Below are positions 46,846 through 57,470 of a DNA stretch of 64,000 nucleotides, piece after piece (the stretch's first letter is position 1; the number at the start of each line of letters is the position of its first letter). A program made the translations under genes and the position numbers. Below the pieces are notes generated by a model. The model was not told the origin of the DNA. It saw nothing but the letters and a program-made list of their open reading frames with translations, and searched no databases. The DNA is from a virus. Location of the stretch: IMG/VR virus record IMGVR_UViG_3300027754_005987, positions 32,001 to 96,000 of that record; one strand, 5' to 3'.

Positions 46846-47929
46846 TATGAATTGTTTTAGTTTTTTTTATTGCTGACGCTATTATTTGGTGCATGTCATA
46901 GTATTTATATTCTGCTAATCTACCACCAAAGTAAATATTTTTTAATTGTTTAGTTTCTTCGTTGTAATTGGAATATCTTTGATTATTTATTTCATCATTA
47001 ACTGGGTAATATGGTTCAGTAACATTTGCTTTATATTCTGTAGGATATTCAAAAGTTACCCAAGTAACGTCAGATTCTATTTTTTCAAAATGTTTATGTT
47101 CTACAACTCTTGTAAATGGTGTTTCAATATCAGTATAATTCATCATTGCTGTACCTTGATAGTCATCACACATTATTTTTTTATGTTCAAAATTAGTTGT
47201 TTTATATTCTAATTCACCATATTTGTAATTAAAAAATTTATCAATAGGTCCAGTGTAAATTAAATTATCATATTCTGGTAACTCATCTTTGAAATAGTTA
47301 GTATTAAGTCTAACTTCAATATCAATTAATAACTTTTCAAATATTTGTGTGTAACCCCCAATAGGTATTCCTTGGTATTTATCATTAAAATAGTTATTAT
47401 CATATGTAAAACGAACAGGTAATCTTTTTATTATTTCTTTTGGTAAATATTTAGGTTCTTTTTTCCATTGTTTTGATGTGTAACCCTTAATTAATTTCTC
47501 GTATATGTCAGTACCAACTAATTTTATGGCTTGTTCCTCTAAATTTTTTGGTTCTTTAATGTGGTCACTTTGAACTTTAATTATTTTTTTTGCTTCCTCT
47601 GGGTGTGTAACATTCCATAATTTTGAAAATGTCCACATATTAAATGGTAATGAATAAATCTCATCTTTATAATTAGCAACAGGCCTTAACGTAAAATCAT
47701 TAAAAGAGACAAATTGATTAGTCCATTTCCAAACCTCTTCATCAGAAGTATGAAAAATATGTGGACCATATTCGTGTATGTTAATACCATCTTTATTTGA
47801 TGTGTAGCAATTACCACCAATATGTTTTCTACTTTCAATCACACATATTTTATAACCAAGTTTATTCAATTCATAAGCGCATATTGAACCAAATAACCCA
47901 GAACCAACTATTAAAAAATCATATTTCAT
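46814..47929 (-). CDS. glf: UDP-galactopyranose mutase
   Basis: IVGSGLFG, HIGGNCY, HEYGPHIFHT, GYTSKQW, EPYYP, GGRLAEYKYYDM. Confidence 0.96.
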   Translation of the reverse strand: MKYDFLIVGSGLFGSICAYELNKLGYKICVIESRKHIGGNCYTSNKDGINIHEYGPHIFHTSDEEVWKWTNQFVSFNDFTLRPVANYKDEIYSLPFNMWTFSKLWNVTHPEEAKKIIKVQSDHIKEPKNLEEQAIKLVGTDIYEKLIKGYTSKQWKKEPKYLPKEIIKRLPVRFTYDNNYFNDKYQGIPIGGYTQIFEKLLIDIEVRLNTNYFKDELPEYDNLIYTGPIDKFFNYKYGELEYKTTNFEHKKIMCDDYQGTAMMNYTDIETPFTRVVEHKHFEKIESDVTWVTFEYPTEYKANVTEPYYPVNDEINNQRYSNYNEETKQLKNIYFGGRLAEYKYYDMHQIIASAIKKTKTIHNEKNNSNTSR

Positions 47930-48869
47930 CTCTAAATATTATTTTTTTTATTTGTTCTAATTTTTTAAATTTATCTTTATACATACTTCCAGATTTAAAA
48001 TGAAATATAGGAGATTTTTCAATCGGTTCACCTAAAACTTGTATAAAATCACTATCTACTGGATTGTCAAAATCAAAAGGGTCTATATACAATTCTTTTA
48101 TTTTGATTATTTTTTCTAATACATAATTTTCATAATTAGTGTTATTTTCTTCATATGGAAAACTTTTAACACCCATTTGAATACCTTCATTTATTTTTCT
48201 ATTTTCATGGTTTAAGTTTGTAGTAAATCCAATACCCCCATTTAACCCTGAATATAAAACATCACCAATTAATTTATGGTGTGTCCACATTTCAAAATAA
48301 CCAACATCATTAATGTCAATATTTTGTATAAATTTATATGTTTGACCACCAACATCTGATATACCACGAATAAAATCCCAATCAAAATATTGTCTTAAAT
48401 TTTTTTCATTTATATATTCATTATCGAATAATAAAATACCATCCCACATATAGAAATAACGAAAAGTACCATCATGTACTACATGAAATGGTGTATCTCT
48501 ATATTGTGGGTTAAAATATATTTTTTTATCAGACATTAATTTTTTATAATTTAATTTATTAATAAAAAACATGTCTGAATGTATTAACATTAAATAATCA
48601 GTACTTTTACTTTGAATAGTTTCTCTATACCAAGCATATTGTTCAACAACATATTGAGGAAATGCAGTTCTTACACCATCATATTGTATAATTTCTATGT
48701 TATTATTAACACAAATTGTTTTAATTTCATCAGCATGTGCATTTGAAGCGTTTATTACTATAAAATCAGTATTCCCATCATCCATGTGTTTTTTAAATGA
48801 ATCTATTTGTAATTGCAGATATTCTGGATTTTTATCTGGAAATGTATAAATTTTTAATCTTTTTTCCAT
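47919..48869 (-). CDS. Putative GT-A-like glycosyltransferase
   Basis: LQLQ..SF, LIHSDMFF, DVGG, IFHF; island context. Confidence 0.55.
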   Translation of the reverse strand: MEKRLKIYTFPDKNPEYLQLQIDSFKKHMDDGNTDFIVINASNAHADEIKTICVNNNIEIIQYDGVRTAFPQYVVEQYAWYRETIQSKSTDYLMLIHSDMFFINKLNYKKLMSDKKIYFNPQYRDTPFHVVHDGTFRYFYMWDGILLFDNEYINEKNLRQYFDWDFIRGISDVGGQTYKFIQNIDINDVGYFEMWTHHKLIGDVLYSGLNGGIGFTTNLNHENRKINEGIQMGVKSFPYEENNTNYENYVLEKIIKIKELYIDPFDFDNPVDSDFIQVLGEPIEKSPIFHFKSGSMYKDKFKKLEQIKKIIFRDEI

Positions 48870-48877
48870 ATTTTTTT

Positions 48878-49564
48878 TTATTTTTTAGTTTTATAATTTG
48901 GGTTGAAGATGTAGCACTCTAATCGTTCAATTAACCATGGTGCTATTTCGTTTTCTTCTAATAAATTAACAATTTCACGATAAAAATCTACTGACCTTAG
49001 ATGAATATGTTCTTTGCTGGCACCAAAATGACCACCAGGCATAAATTCATAAATATTTGGTCTAGGACCATCAAATAATATATCCCAGTATGCATCAACA
49101 TTTATCTTTGGGTTATGGTCGTGTGGCATACCATTGCTATAACAAGCGATTATTTTACCGTTACCATGATGTTGTGATGGATACATTGTATGCATCATAC
49201 CACCTTTTTCTGACGGTATTGTTATTGTGTTAAAATGATAACCGTAATAACCACCAATATTTAATGCTGCACGATTTTTAAAAGTTTCAACATCACTATT
49301 TACCACGTAAATTAAATCTTCCCAATGGTCAAATGGATAATCTTGAACAAAAAATGTAAAATCAGATAGATTATTATAGTTTTTATAAATGTGATTAAAA
49401 AATGTATGAACACACCTACCAAAATTAGGTTCAATTAATATTTCATCTTCACCCAACGGTAAAATATTACCTTTACGATATATCGTTTTTTTTATATCTT
49501 TATTTAAATCAGATAACCAATTAATTGGTTTATCATAGGCTGCAATAACGATTTCTTTACACAT
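48878..49564 (-). CDS. DUF3431-like protein
   Basis: IVIAAY...WL, NFGR..HT...HI..NY..L...TFFVQD.PFDH, ERL. Confidence 0.7.
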   Translation of the reverse strand: MCKEIVIAAYDKPINWLSDLNKDIKKTIYRKGNILPLGEDEILIEPNFGRCVHTFFNHIYKNYNNLSDFTFFVQDYPFDHWEDLIYVVNSDVETFKNRAALNIGGYYGYHFNTITIPSEKGGMMHTMYPSQHHGNGKIIACYSNGMPHDHNPKINVDAYWDILFDGPRPNIYEFMPGGHFGASKEHIHLRSVDFYREIVNLLEENEIAPWLIERLECYIFNPNYKTKK

Positions 49565-49622
49565 ATTAATTTTATATTTATTATAACTTATAATTTAATA
49601 AAATAAGTTAAAAAGTAAACTA

Positions 49623-50384
49623 TTAACCATGTTTATAATAAAGATTTTTATCTTTATATATTAATCTAAATAAATTATTTTTAGCTAAATATTCAGATAA
49701 TCTAGCCTCAAACGCATTTGTACCACCATATGGTGGCCCATTGTAAAAACCCATTTTAGGGCAATTGTAATCAATATTTTTTAATTTATCAACATGTCCA
49801 ATAAAAATTTGGTCACTAAAAACAGGACTACACCAAAAATCAGTTAAAGCATAATTATTTGAGTAATTTGATGCGTTAATTTGTTCCCATTCGCCAACAC
49901 ATGTAACATTATTTGGTATCCCGTTTGGGACACCAAAAGTTTCCCAGTGTTTATCCCATGATATAGTTGTTACTGGGTAAAAATTATCATCATTTAAAAT
50001 ATTAATAGATTTTTCAAAATAATCATCATTAATATTTATTTCATGACAACAATCACTACTAACATTAAAAATAAATGGTGTTTTAATATTTAAAATAGCA
50101 ACAAAATATGGTATTGAATACCAATAACCAGTTGAATTTTTGTCCATATTTAATTTAAAAAAATCTAATGATTTCTTATCATGGTCATCAACAAAAATAA
50201 TATCAAAATCATTGTTGATTTTTAACTGGTTAGTTAATTCATTAAATAAATCAAAAGATGTTAAATTATTTATGATTAACATCTTTTTTGTTACATATTT
50301 GTTTTTAAATTTAAAAAACCATGAATCTTGATTTAAAATTTCAGTGAAGTTACCTTCATATAAAATAGTGGTAAGTGTAATCAT
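49623..50384 (-). CDS. Hypothetical, possibly glycosyltransferase-like
   Basis: 253 aa; FSDQIF and FEAR motifs; island context. Confidence 0.55.
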   Translation of the reverse strand: MITLTTILYEGNFTEILNQDSWFFKFKNKYVTKKMLIINNLTSFDLFNELTNQLKINNDFDIIFVDDHDKKSLDFFKLNMDKNSTGYWYSIPYFVAILNIKTPFIFNVSSDCCHEININDDYFEKSINILNDDNFYPVTTISWDKHWETFGVPNGIPNNVTCVGEWEQINASNYSNNYALTDFWCSPVFSDQIFIGHVDKLKNIDYNCPKMGFYNGPPYGGTNAFEARLSEYLAKNNLFRLIYKDKNLYYKHG

Positions 50385-50389
50385 ATTAT

Positions 50390-51043
50390 TTATATTAATG
50401 AATTATATTTATTATGTTTACCATGAAAACCAAACGGTATGATATTATAATTTTCAGGTATTGTATTTTCAATAGAAAATTCAGCCGCAATGTTTATTGG
50501 TGCGTAAACACAACTATGTTCTTCAAATATATGTTTATTGTGAACAGCAAAAAACCCATCTTCATTATAATACCCAAAATACGGTTTCCATTCTAAGTTT
50601 AATTTTGTTGGTAATTCCAATAATTTTTTACTTCTTAAACTAAACCCACCATTACCAACTCTACATAAATTACCAAATGGGTCTCTATATGATATATTAT
50701 CAGTTATTGTTGGGGTTGGGAATGGTGCTCCAATATAATCATATTTTAAAAATATATCATTCCATTTATCTGGATTCACAATAAAGCCATCATCTTGTAT
50801 GATTAAAACAAAGTCAGTATTTATATATTTGTGTAATTCATAAACTATAAATCTACTATAATTTATATAATCTAATGATTCTATTTTAACAACATCAATA
50901 TCATCACAAATAACATCCACATCAGTAAATAATTTAATTTCATTAAATGAAATACCACGCATTGAGTATCTCAATGCTTTTATTGTTCTTTCAACATTTA
51001 CAGATGTTACTGATACTAATGTAACATTATCAAGCTTTACCAT
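50390..51043 (-). CDS. DUF5672-like GT-A protein
   Basis: LIIQDDG, YDYIGAP, VGNGGFSLRS, NEDGF, FGFHG. Confidence 0.8.
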   Translation of the reverse strand: MVKLDNVTLVSVTSVNVERTIKALRYSMRGISFNEIKLFTDVDVICDDIDVVKIESLDYINYSRFIVYELHKYINTDFVLIIQDDGFIVNPDKWNDIFLKYDYIGAPFPTPTITDNISYRDPFGNLCRVGNGGFSLRSKKLLELPTKLNLEWKPYFGYYNEDGFFAVHNKHIFEEHSCVYAPINIAAEFSIENTIPENYNIIPFGFHGKHNKYNSLI

Positions 51044-51734
51044 ATTTACTCATTAAAATATTTGATTCATTATCTTTAACACTTTGAGGTGTTTTATCAG
51101 TCAAACCATTACCATGTGTTCTATTTACAACTGTTATTTCATTAATTATTGTTGGTTTACCATGCTTTAAAAATAACCTGTAATAATATTCACAATCAAC
51201 AAACCAATTTAAAGTTTCATCAAAATAAATCAAATCTTCGTTTTTAATTGTTAAATTACTAGGATTACCTAAAGTATTATTTCCACTCCATATATTTTCA
51301 CTTAATTTTGGATGATACAATCTGTAAAAAGTAAAACCATCATTACTATGATAAAAAGTAGTTATTAACCATTTAATATTTGGGTTATCGTTAAGTATCT
51401 CATATTGTGACAATAAAGAGTTTTCATCATATAAGAAATCATCTTGAAATAAAACTTTAATCCATTTACCTTTACAGTTTTTAATAGCATTGTTTAAATT
51501 TGGTGAAATAAAACCCCTACCTTTATCATTACTATAATATTTAATATTTAATTTATCAACCCATTCATTATATACATTTTTAATTGTATTATCTAAACTA
51601 TGGTCCGATAAAATAACTTCAAAATCTTTAAAATTTTGTTGTTGTAATATATTAAAATTATGTTGTAAGAATTCAACACCCTTTCCTTCATAACCATAAG
51701 CTGGTATCGCAATCGAAAAAAACGGATTTGTCAT
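51030..51734 (-). CDS. Glycosyltransferase family 2
   Basis: FSIAIP, EVILSDHS, NLNNAI, LFQDD. Confidence 0.85.
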   Translation of the reverse strand: MTNPFFSIAIPAYGYEGKGVEFLQHNFNILQQQNFKDFEVILSDHSLDNTIKNVYNEWVDKLNIKYYSNDKGRGFISPNLNNAIKNCKGKWIKVLFQDDFLYDENSLLSQYEILNDNPNIKWLITTFYHSNDGFTFYRLYHPKLSENIWSGNNTLGNPSNLTIKNEDLIYFDETLNWFVDCEYYYRLFLKHGKPTIINEITVVNRTHGNGLTDKTPQSVKDNESNILMSKYGKA

Positions 51735-51735
51735 A

Positions 51736-52419
51736 TTATATAACAGTTTTCATTTTGGATATGTTCATTGATTGGTTTTTTGGAACATGTTCAGGTGTAA
51801 ATGTTTTATTAACTGATTTAGTTCTAGAAGCCATCTCATACATCGTTTTAGTTTCAGTACCAACATTATATAAACCATTTGCATTAGCATTAATTAATTT
51901 AATTATTAAATCTGAAATGATATTTACATAATCAAAATTACCTATCTGGTCAATCCATGCGCCATCGTATGGGAATGGTGTTGGTTTATGTGTGCATCTA
52001 ACGATTAGATAATCATTAGCTTGTAACTGAACCAACCCATCCCCTAACAATTTTGTATAACCATACCAATTATTACAATGCACTGGCACATCTTCTTCTG
52101 AAGCATTATTTACTGAACTAGTGTATAAATAATCAGTAGATATATGTACTAACTTAATCGATTTTTCATTACAATAATCGATTAATTTAGACACAAAAGC
52201 ATAATTTATATCCCAATGACTTTGTTTATCTTTAGAATAGGTATCAGTATTTGCAATACAATTAACAATAATATCAGGGGTGTGTTTAAATAAAAAGGTT
52301 TCTATTTTATTTGTGTCTAACCCATCTTTTTTTCTGGACATATAATTCCAACCAGTCTGTTTTATTATTTCACCACCTAACAATCCATCACCTAATACCA
52401 GAACATTTAATTTGTCCAT
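51736..52419 (-). CDS. dTDP-4-dehydrorhamnose reductase-like SDR (RmlD-like)
   Basis: GDGLLG, NCIA.T, HISTDY, YGYTK. Confidence 0.8.
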   Translation of the reverse strand: MDKLNVLVLGDGLLGGEIIKQTGWNYMSRKKDGLDTNKIETFLFKHTPDIIVNCIANTDTYSKDKQSHWDINYAFVSKLIDYCNEKSIKLVHISTDYLYTSSVNNASEEDVPVHCNNWYGYTKLLGDGLVQLQANDYLIVRCTHKPTPFPYDGAWIDQIGNFDYVNIISDLIIKLINANANGLYNVGTETKTMYEMASRTKSVNKTFTPEHVPKNQSMNISKMKTVI

Positions 52420-53708
52420 TTTTCAGCAAAAATATTTTCAACGTAATTAAACACTTGTTCGTCATAATGTGGTGCAGCACCTAAGAAAAATACCTTATCT
52501 AACACGGTGTTTGCTTTTGGATATTTATTAAAATCATCTAACTGTTTATATCCTGGATGTAGTAAAATAGAACCAGCGAAGTAGTTCCTAGTTTGTATAT
52601 TATTTTCTTCTAAAAAAGAAACTAACTTATTTTTCAAAATTTTATCCTCACAAATAAACGGAGTACCAAACCAACAAGTATCAGATTTTCCATGGGTATG
52701 AACACCACTTAACCCTTTAACGTGTTTTAATAAGATAGATTCAATAGTTGATTTGCTATGTTTTCTTTTTCTGTCAATTTCTTCAAATTTTTTCAACTGA
52801 ACTAATCCAATTGAACCCTGCAAATCCATAGGTTTAAGGTTATAACCCATATTCGTGAAAACATATTTATGGTCAATAATACCATCATATGAATCTAACC
52901 ATTTATCAAAACGATTTCCACAAGTACCACAAGATAACAAGTTAGCCGAACCAACACAAAAACAATCTCTACCCCACCAAGAAAAACTAGTAAATAATTT
53001 TTTAAGGTCAGCAATATTTGTACAACAAATACCACCCTCACCAGTTGATATGTGATGAGCAGGATAAAATGATGAAGACCAAGCAACGTAATAATCACTT
53101 AAAGGTTTCCCATCCCATTTAGAACCAAGACTGTCACAACTATCACCAACTAGTTTAATATCGTGTTTTTCACATAACGCTGTTAAAAAATCCATATCAG
53201 GCGCATTACCTAATACAGGAGAAACAAATATAGCTTTTGTTTTAGATGTGATTTTTTCTTCTATTTTATGAATATCAAAATTAAGTGTGTCATATTCAAT
53301 ATCAACAAATACTGGTACTAGATTATTCTGTACTAGGGTTGATATTGTAGTAGGGAAACCAACTGGTGATACAATAACTTCATCACCATCTTCCCAACCA
53401 AAATATTTTTTTAACGCAGCAATCAAAACTAAATTAGCAGAGCTACCAGAATTAACCATTTGTGCGTATTTAACGCCAAACATTTTAGCAAAAGCATTTT
53501 CAAATTTATAAACATTTTCACCAGCAACAACCCATTTACCAGTAATAAATGTTGTTATTGCAGCCATAATTTCTTCTTCATCCCAATAAGGACCAGAATA
53601 TAATACTTGTGATTTTCCTGGCACAAATGCTTGGTTATACAAATATTTAGGTTTATTTTCTTTAAGGTATTCAGTAAGATTACTTAATATTCCATCAATT
53701 TCTTTCAT
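52407..53708 (-). CDS. rfbH: CDP-4-keto-6-deoxyglucose 3-dehydrase-like (RfbH/DdhC, E1)
   Basis: VNSGSSANL, GFPTT, SFYPAHHISTGEGG (His at the usual PLP-Lys site), WGRDCFC...C..C cysteine cluster, DHKY, GYNLK. Confidence 0.88.
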   Translation of the reverse strand: MKEIDGILSNLTEYLKENKPKYLYNQAFVPGKSQVLYSGPYWDEEEIMAAITTFITGKWVVAGENVYKFENAFAKMFGVKYAQMVNSGSSANLVLIAALKKYFGWEDGDEVIVSPVGFPTTISTLVQNNLVPVFVDIEYDTLNFDIHKIEEKITSKTKAIFVSPVLGNAPDMDFLTALCEKHDIKLVGDSCDSLGSKWDGKPLSDYYVAWSSSFYPAHHISTGEGGICCTNIADLKKLFTSFSWWGRDCFCVGSANLLSCGTCGNRFDKWLDSYDGIIDHKYVFTNMGYNLKPMDLQGSIGLVQLKKFEEIDRKRKHSKSTIESILLKHVKGLSGVHTHGKSDTCWFGTPFICEDKILKNKLVSFLEENNIQTRNYFAGSILLHPGYKQLDDFNKYPKANTVLDKVFFLGAAPHYDEQVFNYVENIFAEKWTN

Positions 53709-53725
53709 GTGTAAATAATTTTAAA

Positions 53726-53756
53726 CAAATATACTATTTTTTAATTTAAAAAACAA
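53726..53756 (-). promoter_or_regulatory. Bacteroidota-type promoter
   Basis: TTG-N20-TATATTTG upstream of rfbH. Confidence 0.7.
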
Positions 53757-53763
53757 TAGTTAA

Positions 53764-54528
53764 TTATATTTTTAACCAATTTTCAGGTATAACGTCTTGA
53801 GTGTCTTTATACCCAGCAGGTCCAAACCATTCTTCAGGTCCAATAACTTTTTTATTATCAGAAAAATTTAAATAAGCACCCCACCAACTAAAACTACTAT
53901 TAGCTATTATATTATTATCACTTTTAACCATTAATATTAAATCATCAATTTCAGATTTAAAAGGTGAATACACAATATTATCCCCCTTAAAATTATCTTT
54001 AACCCAATTTATATCATCTGATATAAAGATAAAAATAGAATCACCAATAATATCCATAGCTTTTTTATAATATTCAATAGAACAAGGTTTATGGAAATTA
54101 GCGTTATTAATATAATCACCTCGCCTTACGTGAACTGAAGTAATTGGTAATGAATATTGTTTTAAATATTCATCAATAAATTCATTATTTAATTCATCAA
54201 TAAATAAATTTATCACTTCATTTTTATAGTCAATAAAATATTTTTCACTTTGAAACGACCCATTCAATAACATATCATTAACATAAGGTAGTTCATTATA
54301 AGAAAAACTAGGTTCATTATAAACACCAACATAATTATATTGGCTAACAATATTAATTTTTTTAAATATATTATCCCTATATTTGTTTGAAGTGTGTCCT
54401 TGTTGTGGTGTAAAGCACTGATTAAAATCAAACCCACTGATATCATTATTTCTTAACGCCAACGCATGTGCTGCCGCTATTTGAAACATTTGATTACCTA
54501 GACCACCTTGTAATCTACAACTAACCAT
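53764..54528 (-). CDS. Alpha-1,2-fucosyltransferase-like (GT11)
   Basis: GGLGNQMFQ, FQSEKYF, HVRRGDY, ANSSFSWWGAYL. Confidence 0.92.
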   Translation of the reverse strand: MVSCRLQGGLGNQMFQIAAAHALALRNNDISGFDFNQCFTPQQGHTSNKYRDNIFKKINIVSQYNYVGVYNEPSFSYNELPYVNDMLLNGSFQSEKYFIDYKNEVINLFIDELNNEFIDEYLKQYSLPITSVHVRRGDYINNANFHKPCSIEYYKKAMDIIGDSIFIFISDDINWVKDNFKGDNIVYSPFKSEIDDLILMVKSDNNIIANSSFSWWGAYLNFSDNKKVIGPEEWFGPAGYKDTQDVIPENWLKI

Positions 54529-55250
54529 TATCTAATTAATTTTTTATAAGGTGTTTTATTTCGTATTCTTACTGCATGGTTAGTAACCATAGACATATCT
54601 ACTTTATGCTCATTTATTGGATTTTCAGCATTATAAACATAATTAACTTCAGTCATAAACCTATAATGTTCATCACCAGACATTTCTAACATAGGATACA
54701 TAAAACATAAATCACCACTCCATTGCCAGTAATCGCCATTCTCATCTTTTAAATCTTCTTCTTTTATATTTCGCCATAGGAAAGCCCTCCACGTTCTAAT
54801 ATGTGAAGCAGTAAAATTAACAGCTCTTAAATTATCAAAATTTGTTTGTTTTGACGAAAAACCTATTGCACCACCATGGTATCTGAAACTACCATTGGCA
54901 ATCCAAACATTATCATCACTATATAAATCATTTATTCTTTTGAATACGTTTGAATCAGGTAAATAATCGTCACCATCAACTTCTATTAAAATTTCATTGT
55001 CTAGTATGTTTGAGTTATATCTTATAACTTTATCAAAATTACCAGCTTGGTATAGTTTTTTTTCGTTGTCATCTATCAAAATAAATCTATCGTCACCTTT
55101 AATCATTTCTTTAACTAAAGAAACAGAATTATCTGTTGATAAATCATGTGTTATATAACAAGTAAAATCTTTAAATGTTTGACCCATTATTGAACCTAGG
55201 CATCTTTCAATATAATTTTCAGCATTATAAAATCCAGTTAAAATTACCAT
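54528..55250 (-). CDS. Glycosyltransferase family 2
   Basis: YNAENYIERCL.S, DLSTD, VDGDD. Confidence 0.88.
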   Translation of the reverse strand: MVILTGFYNAENYIERCLGSIMGQTFKDFTCYITHDLSTDNSVSLVKEMIKGDDRFILIDDNEKKLYQAGNFDKVIRYNSNILDNEILIEVDGDDYLPDSNVFKRINDLYSDDNVWIANGSFRYHGGAIGFSSKQTNFDNLRAVNFTASHIRTWRAFLWRNIKEEDLKDENGDYWQWSGDLCFMYPMLEMSGDEHYRFMTEVNYVYNAENPINEHKVDMSMVTNHAVRIRNKTPYKKLIR

Positions 55251-55251
55251 A

Positions 55252-55935
55252 TTAATTATTTATATATTTTTTTATTATTTTATTTGTATACCCATTAGTT
55301 TTAATATCTAAATTAGATATACTTTCATCAACTATTTCACTATTTTTAACGAGCCAATTATTATCGTTTTCATTAACAACAATCTTTATCGTTGATTCTT
55401 TATTTAAATGATTCGATATAATAGTAACCAAATCAAAAACACTTATTTTTTCAACATCAGATATGTTAATAACACTAGAATTAACTTTATCTTTGCAATA
55501 ATTTACTATATTGATTAAATCATCTATATCTAATAATGCTCGTTTAACGTTTTCAAATATAGTTATTTCATCATCTTTTAATATTGCGTTTTTTAAAAAA
55601 TTAACCAAATTGTTTTTATTACCATTTCTACCAATAATTTGTGGTACTCTAAAAATAATATAATTATTTGATTTATCTTTAATTATATTCTCAATTTCAA
55701 GTTTATGGTTGTAATAATCATTATTTGATATGTCAGCTAATATACTGCTAAAATATATGAATTTTAATTCTTTGTTTTCAACTAATGTTTTTAAAACTAA
55801 TTCTTTTTCTCTATTAAACTCATTTTGATTAGTTTGTTTTGAGTCTGAAACACCAGAAGCAAAGATAATAAAATCATCATAATTAATATCAGAATCTATA
55901 AATACAGACGCTAATAAACCATTACCTATAATCAT
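55252..55935 (-). CDS. NAD-dependent epimerase/dehydratase-like protein
   Basis: MIIGNGLLA, IFASGVS, YFSS, YYNHK. Confidence 0.75.
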   Translation of the reverse strand: MIIGNGLLASVFIDSDINYDDFIIFASGVSDSKQTNQNEFNREKELVLKTLVENKELKFIYFSSILADISNNDYYNHKLEIENIIKDKSNNYIIFRVPQIIGRNGNKNNLVNFLKNAILKDDEITIFENVKRALLDIDDLINIVNYCKDKVNSSVINISDVEKISVFDLVTIISNHLNKESTIKIVVNENDNNWLVKNSEIVDESISNLDIKTNGYTNKIIKKYINN

Positions 55936-56682
55936 TTATTTTAATACTTTTAATCTTTTACTAACATATAATTTATAATCAGTAATTATTTCATCAACAC
56001 TAAATAAATAATATAACCCAAAACCATTTTGTTTATTAAAACCACTTAATCTTTCAGCTCTAATTTTGTTTTTATAAATGTAATCATCTAACCCTAAAAA
56101 TTTATAATGTAACATTTTTAGAGAAGTATCAGTTGACAATCTAACATCACCAGTTGGGTTTGCATTATGACATCCAAAACCATAATTTATTTCATCAATT
56201 TTATTACAATCAAACATCATCATTTTATCCAAAACTGGTGTTCTAACGCCTTCTTTAACTTTTTCAAGTATATTATCATCAGCTAATAAATTTAAATCCT
56301 CATCACCAATCATATGATGACCTTCTGGCTTAAATATTGTTACACCATTATTAAACGATTCCTTTAAAAAAGTAATCATATCCTCATGATATAAAAACTC
56401 ATCAGTATCGCCAAGTATAACATAATCAGCCTCACCAATACTAGTTTTCCATATGCTGTTTTTTATATTGATATGCACACCATCATGAAATTCACTATTA
56501 GAACCAAATGTAATAACTTCAGTATTATCAAATGAATTAACTATTTCAACACTATTATCGGTTGATTTATTATCCAATATTGTTATCTTTTCACAAAAGG
56601 TTGAATAGTACTTTATTAAATGAGGCAATATGTTTTCCTCATTATAGCATAAAAAATATGCATGTATTATAGGTTTTTTCAT
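55936..56682 (-). CDS. Glycosyltransferase family 2-like
   Basis: YNEENILP, DNKSTD, DTDEF, LHYKF. Confidence 0.8.
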   Translation of the reverse strand: MKKPIIHAYFLCYNEENILPHLIKYYSTFCEKITILDNKSTDNSVEIVNSFDNTEVITFGSNSEFHDGVHINIKNSIWKTSIGEADYVILGDTDEFLYHEDMITFLKESFNNGVTIFKPEGHHMIGDEDLNLLADDNILEKVKEGVRTPVLDKMMMFDCNKIDEINYGFGCHNANPTGDVRLSTDTSLKMLHYKFLGLDDYIYKNKIRAERLSGFNKQNGFGLYYLFSVDEIITDYKLYVSKRLKVLK

Positions 56683-57470
56683 TATAAATTTAATAGTTTA
56701 ATCCACTCTTTAATTATTTCATCATTAGATAATTCTTTTACATCATGGTCAGTAGCTGAATTTCCGTAAAATTTTGTACCAGTAGTTTCACACTCATCTT
56801 TAACCAAAGAAGCAACTTCACTTTTAGATGATAAGAACACAGCACCTACCATATCATAAACTTTTTGTTTATCACTTTCAAAACCATACTCAATAACATT
56901 ATCACTTATTAAAGGTTTAACAAATTTATTATAGTAATTTGGGTCACTAACATTACCAAATAATATAACTTTTTCATACCCTTCACTAAAAGCTCTTTGT
57001 ATTGATACGTGAGTCTGTTTATTTTCATCAAAAGAACCGATTACACCAGCTATTTTTTCATTCTCAGGTGTTTTATCCTTTTTAATTAAAACCTCTCTTA
57101 AATTAGGTATAATGGAGTATTTTCCATTATAACTAGAATGATAATCTCTTTGTTTTTCATTTAAGAAAACAACTTCATCCCAAAATTGTTTTATTTTACC
57201 AACTTCAAAAACATCTTTTTCATGGCATGATAAAATAACCTGTTTAGCGTTAGGTTTATTTGGTAATTGAATAAAATGACAAATTAAAGTATCATCATTA
57301 TTTATAGTTAATGTTTCATCTAACATTCCAGATTTACATTTATCTAAATGCCAAGTATGTGGCCCATAAAATGTTGTTTCAATACCAGCTTTATTTAAGG
57401 CATTGGTCAAATTTATAAAAGCAAATGTTGACCCCCCTTTATTACTCCAACCAGAAATTATCTTAATCAT
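56682..57470 (-). CDS. GT-B (GT4-like) glycosyltransferase
   Basis: GGST, IG...NKQ, S.SE..SLV..E. Confidence 0.7.
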   Translation of the reverse strand: MIKIISGWSNKGGSTFAFINLTNALNKAGIETTFYGPHTWHLDKCKSGMLDETLTINNDDTLICHFIQLPNKPNAKQVILSCHEKDVFEVGKIKQFWDEVVFLNEKQRDYHSSYNGKYSIIPNLREVLIKKDKTPENEKIAGVIGSFDENKQTHVSIQRAFSEGYEKVILFGNVSDPNYYNKFVKPLISDNVIEYGFESDKQKVYDMVGAVFLSSKSEVASLVKDECETTGTKFYGNSATDHDVKELSNDEIIKEWIKLLNL

